Source: an uncultured Bacteroidaceae bacterium
GTDB lineage: Bacteria; Bacteroidota; Bacteroidia; Bacteroidales; GCA-2748055
Length of the DNA stretch: 63,864 bases
NCBI GenBank assembly: GCA_964563105.1
Contig: CAZLXM010000008.1
Location: 1-63,864 of the forward strand
Reading direction: 5' to 3'
Below, in pieces: positions 58,522 to 63,864 of the stretch. Within the stretch, counting starts at the first letter, position 1. Each line of letters begins with the position of its first letter. The notes under the pieces are model-generated. The model made no database searches, had not been told where the DNA came from, and saw only the letters and a program-made list of their open reading frames with translations. The translations under genes were made by a program, and so were the position numbers.

Positions 58522-59332
58522 AATTTACAGGATCTCTTTTTGTTTTATATTTATTCCATTAAATATATTTGCTGCAGGAGAAAATTTTCCAGTTGGAACA
58601 AGACCTGCCGCTTTAGCTAATACTTATGTAATGCATTCCGATATTTGGTCTGTTTATCACAATCAGGCCGGATTAGGGTTTTATCCTCATTTCAGTCTCG
58701 GATTTCATCATGAAAATAAATTTATTGTTCCGGAATACAGTCTTCATGCTATTGCCTTAACAATACCAACAAAGCCGGGAACAATGGGCTTTAGTTATTC
58801 GTACTTTGGATATGAAAAATATAATGAAAGCAAAATAGGCCTTGGAATCGGCAGAAGTTTTGGTAATAAATTAGCAGCAGGTGTTCAAACCAATATTCAT
58901 CATATATATATTGCAGGTGAGTTTGATAACAGAAATGCATTAAGTGTTGAAGGCGGGATCCAGTATAAGCCGGATGATAAAGTTTCTTTTGGAATTCACT
59001 TGTTTAATCCCTCCAGATCTACAATTTCAGCTAATTATGCCGATACCCTTACAACAACCTTACGGGCCGGGGCTTCATACTCTCCTTTTGAAAAACTTAT
59101 TCTCGGATTTGAAATTGAAAAGCATATAAATAAAAGCCCTGTTTATAAAAGTGGTATCGAATATCAATTATTTGAAAGCTTATTCCTAAGAACAGGGATA
59201 TTTACCAATCCGGTTCAAAATACTTTTGGTTTAGGATATAAAATGAAGAAAATATCAGCTGATATTGCTTTCACACATCACCAGATCCTCGGATTTACCC
59301 CACATTTTTCACTTCAGGTAGAATTTAATTAA
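58478..59332 (+). CDS. Outer-membrane beta-barrel, PorV/PorQ (FadL-like) type; start uncertain, overlaps the purE 3' end
   Basis: Signal peptide; G.R..AL...........WS.Y.NQAGLG plug motif; amphipathic strands; C-terminal aromatic residue (QVEFN). Confidence 0.65.
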   Translation: MKNLIMFSLNIKLIKIYRISFCFIFIPLNIFAAGENFPVGTRPAALANTYVMHSDIWSVYHNQAGLGFYPHFSLGFHHENKFIVPEYSLHAIALTIPTKPGTMGFSYSYFGYEKYNESKIGLGIGRSFGNKLAAGVQTNIHHIYIAGEFDNRNALSVEGGIQYKPDDKVSFGIHLFNPSRSTISANYADTLTTTLRAGASYSPFEKLILGFEIEKHINKSPVYKSGIEYQLFESLFLRTGIFTNPVQNTFGLGYKMKKISADIAFTHHQILGFTPHFSLQVEFN

Positions 59333-59433
59333 TTTTTTAGCTGTTTTTCTACATAAGCTGACATAAACCATAAAATACGAAAAATATTTTCCAAAAGATA
59401 AATTCTATTTATTTCTTTCTTCTGATATTTTCT

Positions 59434-61506
59434 ATGCTTAACAGGACCTGGAGATATTTATTATTAAAAATATTCGTAATATTTACAATAAACAGGCCAG
59501 GATGGACACAAACAATAGAAAACCAGGAAAAGACTTCATTTTATTTAATGATTGAAGAAATTATGGAATCTGTAGAAGATGAAGAAGAGGCCATATCTTT
59601 GTTGGATGAACTCAATGAATTAATGACAAACCCTTTGAATATCAATAAAGCATCTGCAGATGAATTGGGGCAAATACATTATCTGAATGATTTTCAAATA
59701 AAAAGTATTATTAATTATCGTCAGGAATTCGGAAATCTTTTATCAAAAAATGAACTTATCCTGATACCTGGTTTTCAAGCTGATCTGGTACAAAAAGTAA
59801 GTCCCTTTATAAGCATTGGAAATATAAACGAAATAAAATTTAAAAAATCGTCGAAAAAAAACATAACATATGACCACATTTTAAGATTTAAACATAAGCT
59901 GGAAGTTCCGGCCGGATTCTCAGATAAAACAGATAGCATTAAGCGATTTACAGGGAGTAATCATTATTTATTATCACGTCATGAAATTAAAATAAATAAA
60001 AATATCAAATACGGATTATTAACTGAAAAAGATGCGGGAGAGCCATACTTTTCACCTTATAATTCAAAACTTCCTGATCATATATCAGGATATGTTGAAT
60101 TTCAATTAAATAAAAAGCTGAGGAAACTAATTATTGGTGATTACAGATCAAGCTTTGGTCAGGGTCTTTTACGTGGCAGTCCTTTCAGATTAAAAACCAT
60201 TAATGCTATAATCCTGCCTGAAAGAAATTATATCAAAAAAAGTATCTCCGCATCAGAAAGTGGCTTTCAGAGGGGTATTGCCGCGGAAACAAAATTTGGC
60301 CGTTTAATAACATATTATTTTGTATCACAAATTTCCTGTGACGCCAAAATCAATTATATATCATCAGTATCCGATAGCATGTCGTATTTCAGTTCTATCA
60401 ATACTAGTGGTTTACACAGAAGTATCAATGAAAATATAAATCGAAACACACTTAAACAAGTTGATTATGGAATTAATACTATTTACAGTTTTACTAATCT
60501 TACTATTGGTTTCAATGCTATAAGCACACATTTTAATCAACCAAAAGAAATCTCAATTTATGATAAAAGTGTTGTTCCCGAAGTTTATATTAATCATTTT
60601 TCAAATTTTGGTTTTCATTACCGTATGAGCCTTGGAAAAGCCATTGTTTTTGGTGAGATCGGATCAGATTATTCAAATAACATTGCATTAATTAATGGAT
60701 TAACAGCACAATTATATCCATTGCTAACTATTTCAATTATACAAAGATACTTCTCACCTGGATACATTTCATTTTCTTCCGGATCTTTCAGTAAAAGTTC
60801 GGGGACACGTAATGAAAAGGGCACTTATATTGGCCTAAATTTCTATCCTCTGCCCTTCCTGAATTTATCTTTATATGCCGATCATTATTCCTTTCCCTGG
60901 TTGCGATCAAATATTCCGGCCCCTTACCATGGTAACGATTATTATTTAAATGCACTTATAAATTTTAATTCAGGAAACATTGTTACTTTAAGATATAAAA
61001 GCTATAACGAAGCTGAAAAGTCAAAACGTGAAACCACCGGAATAGACCTTATAAAAAGGAATAACAAAAGATCCCTAAGAATTAGTTATGACTATTCTTT
61101 CAATAGCAGTGTCAGCTTTGAAACCAGGTTTGATCTTAGCCGATATTCTGAAGAATTATCCAACTGCTCAAAAGGATATTATTTAGGTCAGAAAATAATT
61201 TTAAAACCACCGGAAAAGAAATCCGGTATATGGATCAGCTTTGGCTTATTTGATGTTCCGGAATGGAAAAACAGAATATATATTTATGAAAATGATCTCT
61301 TATACGATTTTTCAGTGCCTGTTTTATACAGAAGAGGAAGCAGATTTTCATTTATGCTTAGATCATCATTTTTTGATAAACTAAACTTTTGGATCAAATA
61401 TTATGCTAACTTTTATGACGGTATTATCGAAAGGGGTTCAGGCACAGACCTTATTCGATCAAATAAAGATTCAGGTATAAAACTTCAGTTAAGAATTAAA
61501 ATCTAA
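59434..61506 (+). CDS. Helix-hairpin-helix (ComEA-like) domain protein with a C-terminal beta-barrel-like region
   Basis: Motif PLNINKASADELGQI..L...QI.SII.YRQEFG.....NEL..IPGF; IGDYRSSFGQGL; C-terminal KLQLRIKI. Confidence 0.78.
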   Translation: MLNRTWRYLLLKIFVIFTINRPGWTQTIENQEKTSFYLMIEEIMESVEDEEEAISLLDELNELMTNPLNINKASADELGQIHYLNDFQIKSIINYRQEFGNLLSKNELILIPGFQADLVQKVSPFISIGNINEIKFKKSSKKNITYDHILRFKHKLEVPAGFSDKTDSIKRFTGSNHYLLSRHEIKINKNIKYGLLTEKDAGEPYFSPYNSKLPDHISGYVEFQLNKKLRKLIIGDYRSSFGQGLLRGSPFRLKTINAIILPERNYIKKSISASESGFQRGIAAETKFGRLITYYFVSQISCDAKINYISSVSDSMSYFSSINTSGLHRSINENINRNTLKQVDYGINTIYSFTNLTIGFNAISTHFNQPKEISIYDKSVVPEVYINHFSNFGFHYRMSLGKAIVFGEIGSDYSNNIALINGLTAQLYPLLTISIIQRYFSPGYISFSSGSFSKSSGTRNEKGTYIGLNFYPLPFLNLSLYADHYSFPWLRSNIPAPYHGNDYYLNALINFNSGNIVTLRYKSYNEAEKSKRETTGIDLIKRNNKRSLRISYDYSFNSSVSFETRFDLSRYSEELSNCSKGYYLGQKIILKPPEKKSGIWISFGLFDVPEWKNRIYIYENDLLYDFSVPVLYRRGSRFSFMLRSSFFDKLNFWIKYYANFYDGIIERGSGTDLIRSNKDSGIKLQLRIKI

Positions 61507-61508
61507 AT

Positions 61509-63227
61509 TTAATCTGTTTTAATGTCTTTAATATTTAATTGCAGGCTTGTTTCTCCTTTGAATTCGTTTTCTTCAATTGAATAACAAATATCAAAAGCAT
61601 GACCTTTTGAAATTACAGCAAAATGATGTCCTTGTTGGAAAGCAATTGCAGGATATACTTTATACGGATCTTCTTCCTGAACAAGAAAAAGTTTTAAATG
61701 ATCCCCGGATAAACCTACCTTTTTACTCTTACCATTATCTGAAACATTTTCAGTAAGAAAAACCGGATTCGTATTTTCCGGACCAAAAGGTTGAAACTGT
61801 TTAAGATCCATATAAAATTTATCATCAATTTCTTTCAAAGAGATTTCAGTATCAATTTCCACAACCGGAATTAATTGCTCAGGTTGAATGGTTTGGGTTA
61901 CAATCTCTTCAAATTTTTCCTTAAACAATGTAACATTTTGGACTTTCATAGTAAGTCCGGCAGCATATTTATGGCCGCCAAAATTTTCCAATAAATTACT
62001 ACAACTTTCAATAGCCTGATATATATCAAAACCATTAACTGACCTGGCAGAACCTGCTGCCATTCCATTGGATTGTGTCAGGATAATGGTGGGCCTGTAA
62101 TAATAATCCAGCAAACGACTTGCTACAATTCCAATAACCCCTTTATGCCAGTCAGGATTAAAAAGTACAGTTGACTTCCTGCTCTTTAATTCAAAATCAG
62201 ATTTAATAATAGCAAGTGCCTCCTGAGTAATTGAAGCATCAACATTCCGGCGGGTAACATTATAATCATTTATTTTTTCTCCAATCAACCTTGCTTCTTT
62301 TTCATCTTTTGAAATAAGCAAATCAACAGACTCCTTCCCTGATTCCATTCTTCCGGCTGCATTAATCCTTGGGCCTATCTTAAAAACAATATCTTCGATT
62401 GTAATATTCTTTTTCTTAATTTTTGAAAGTTCTAAAATCGTCTTTATACCTGTAGAAGGATTTTCATTAATTTGTTTCAAGCCATAATAAGCCAGTATTC
62501 TGTTTTCGCCGGTAATAGGAACAATATCCGATGCAATACTGACAGCTAAAAGATCCAGGTAAACAAAAAGATCTGATAAGGGCAGTCCCTGCCAGATATT
62601 AAAAGCATGTAATAATTTAAAACCCACACCGCATCCTGATAATTCTTTGTAAGGATACGAACAATCTGATTGTTTGGGATCTAAAACAGCTTCAGCTACA
62701 GGTATAATTGCTCCGGGATTATGATGATCACAAATAATAAATTCCACACCTTTTTCTTTGGCATATTTTATTTTTTCAACTGCTTTTATTCCGCAATCCA
62801 GTGCAATTACCAGCCTGAACCCATTCTCAGCCGCATAATCAATGCCTCTGTAAGAGACCCCATAACCTTCAGTATATCTGTCGGGTATATAATAATCAAT
62901 ATTTTTAAAATAATTTTTGAAATAACTATAAACCATGGCTACAGAGGTAGTTCCATCCACATCATAATCTCCATAAATTAACAATGATTCATTATTTTCC
63001 CGTGCCCTGACAATCCTTGTAACCGCCTTTTCCATATCTTTCATCAGATAAGGATCATGTAGATTTTTCAAATTAGGATTAAAAAAAGATCTTGCAGCTT
63101 CACTGGTGTTTATACCTCTTTGAACAAGCAAACAGGATATAGCCCGGCTTACACCCAGCTCCAACTGAAGGGGCCCCATTGCCCGGGGATCACCCTGTTC
63201 TTTTATTGCCCAGTTTTTATTTATCAT
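61509..63227 (-). CDS. recJ: Single-stranded-DNA-specific exonuclease RecJ
   Basis: Motifs GDYDVDG, LDCG, DHH, PRINAAGR and GGHKYAAG. Confidence 0.96.
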   Translation of the reverse strand: MINKNWAIKEQGDPRAMGPLQLELGVSRAISCLLVQRGINTSEAARSFFNPNLKNLHDPYLMKDMEKAVTRIVRARENNESLLIYGDYDVDGTTSVAMVYSYFKNYFKNIDYYIPDRYTEGYGVSYRGIDYAAENGFRLVIALDCGIKAVEKIKYAKEKGVEFIICDHHNPGAIIPVAEAVLDPKQSDCSYPYKELSGCGVGFKLLHAFNIWQGLPLSDLFVYLDLLAVSIASDIVPITGENRILAYYGLKQINENPSTGIKTILELSKIKKKNITIEDIVFKIGPRINAAGRMESGKESVDLLISKDEKEARLIGEKINDYNVTRRNVDASITQEALAIIKSDFELKSRKSTVLFNPDWHKGVIGIVASRLLDYYYRPTIILTQSNGMAAGSARSVNGFDIYQAIESCSNLLENFGGHKYAAGLTMKVQNVTLFKEKFEEIVTQTIQPEQLIPVVEIDTEISLKEIDDKFYMDLKQFQPFGPENTNPVFLTENVSDNGKSKKVGLSGDHLKLFLVQEEDPYKVYPAIAFQQGHHFAVISKGHAFDICYSIEENEFKGETSLQLNIKDIKTD

Positions 63228-63258
63228 TAAATCGGTCCTTTCATCAAATCCTTAAATA

Positions 63259-63266
63259 CAAAAATA
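63259..63266 (-). promoter_or_regulatory. -7 element (TATTTTTG) for recJ
   Basis: TAnnTTTG match 31 nt upstream of the start. Confidence 0.55.
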
Positions 63267-63476
63267 CTAATATCCTGCTAATAATATTTATTATTTTACA
63301 AAAGCATAAAATAATCAAAGCCGGAAAGCCTAAAATATCCTTTTCATTAACCAGCAGAATGTACTATTAAATAAGTATTTTTACAATAAATCGTCTGCAT
63401 TTAAGAAAAAGTATATTGATCATAAATTACACTTCTTTTCGTTCGTCAGGGCATTTGGCACATCTCACTATTCTGC

Positions 63477-63484
63477 TATCTTTG
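63477..63484 (+). promoter_or_regulatory. -7 element (TATCTTTG-C) for lysS
   Basis: Canonical TAnnTTTGC 24 nt upstream of the ATG at 63509. Confidence 0.7.
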
Positions 63485-63508
63485 CAAAAATTTTCATTCC
63501 TCAAGAAT

Positions 63509-63864
63509 ATGAGTCATATTGAATTAAGCGAACAAGAAATTATGCGGAGGCAATCGCTGGAAGAACTTAAAAAACTAGGGATTGACCCATATCCCGCTTC
63601 AGGTTATGAAATAAATACCAATACTGCCAAAATTCTTAAACAATTTATTCCGGAAGAGAATTATCCCGGAGAAGTACGCCTGGCTGGCAGAATTATGAAC
63701 AGAAGGATCATGGGGAGTGCTTCATTTGCTGAAATTCAGGATGCTTCAGGACGTATTCAGATTTATTTGCAAAGAGATGTAATATGCCCCGGCGAGGATA
63801 AAACAATGTATAATATAGTTTTTAAAAAGCTGCTGGATATTGGGGATATTATTGGTATCAGAGG
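63509..63864 (+). CDS. lysS: Lysyl-tRNA synthetase (class II), 5' part; truncated by the window end and absent from the ORF track
   Basis: Manual translation [29 protein letters not shown]...[35 protein letters not shown]...[10 protein letters not shown] matches the LysRS anticodon-binding OB fold. Confidence 0.95.
   Translation, partial: MSHIELSEQEIMRRQSLEELKKLGIDPYPASGYEINTNTAKILKQFIPEENYPGEVRLAGRIMNRRIMGSASFAEIQDASGRIQIYLQRDVICPGEDKTMYNIVFKKLLDIGDIIGIR

Noticed and set aside
1081-63370. The many short (60-135 aa) antisense or alternate-frame ORFs in the track that overlap assigned genes
   Set aside because: They are shadows of real genes with no recognisable motifs and no supporting start context
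1-63864. tRNA, rRNA, integrase, transposase, toxin-antitoxin or known riboswitch (TPP, SAM-I, cobalamin) signatures
   Set aside because: None recognised by eye in the intergenic regions. A cmscan/tRNAscan run would be needed to exclude weak hits.

Overview
AT-rich (roughly one-third GC by eye) chromosomal window from a Bacteroidota organism, most likely Bacteroidales/Marinilabiliales-like. The assignment rests on TAnnTTTG -7 promoter boxes, absence of Shine-Dalgarno sites, T9SS genes and Bacteroidota-type ParC/ParE/ObgE. Most of the window is housekeeping: aspC, mltG, murB, sucAB, a split pntAA-pntAB-pntB transhydrogenase, an RprXY-like two-component system, sod, parEC, aroK, lplA, obgE, adk, purE, recJ and the start of lysS. 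A 15.5-kb gene encodes a 5151-aa repeat-rich T9SS type-B cargo/adhesin and is followed by a PorP/SprF gene. I saw no tRNA, rRNA, CRISPR-cas, integrase or transposase. The most unusual signal is non-coding. A family of ~100-bp units is arrayed in tandem in two leaders, in front of pntAA (11590-11861) and in front of the response regulator (16310-16640). Each unit is a conserved linker ending in TTTTCTGATG, then a short uORF whose 3' end is complementary to its own start codon. The last linker of each array ends on the start codon of the real gene. The anti-start arm can pair with either its own AUG or the next AUG downstream, which suggests a tandem translational-attenuation relay. I do not recognise it as a described element; this is an inference from sequence only. 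Other points of interest: a Cys4 tail on SucA, a probably Tat-exported Mn-type SOD with a KR motif, a coupled BASS transporter-acyltransferase-SDR-VOC cluster, and nine in-register 273-bp repeats in the adhesin with a recently homogenised block.
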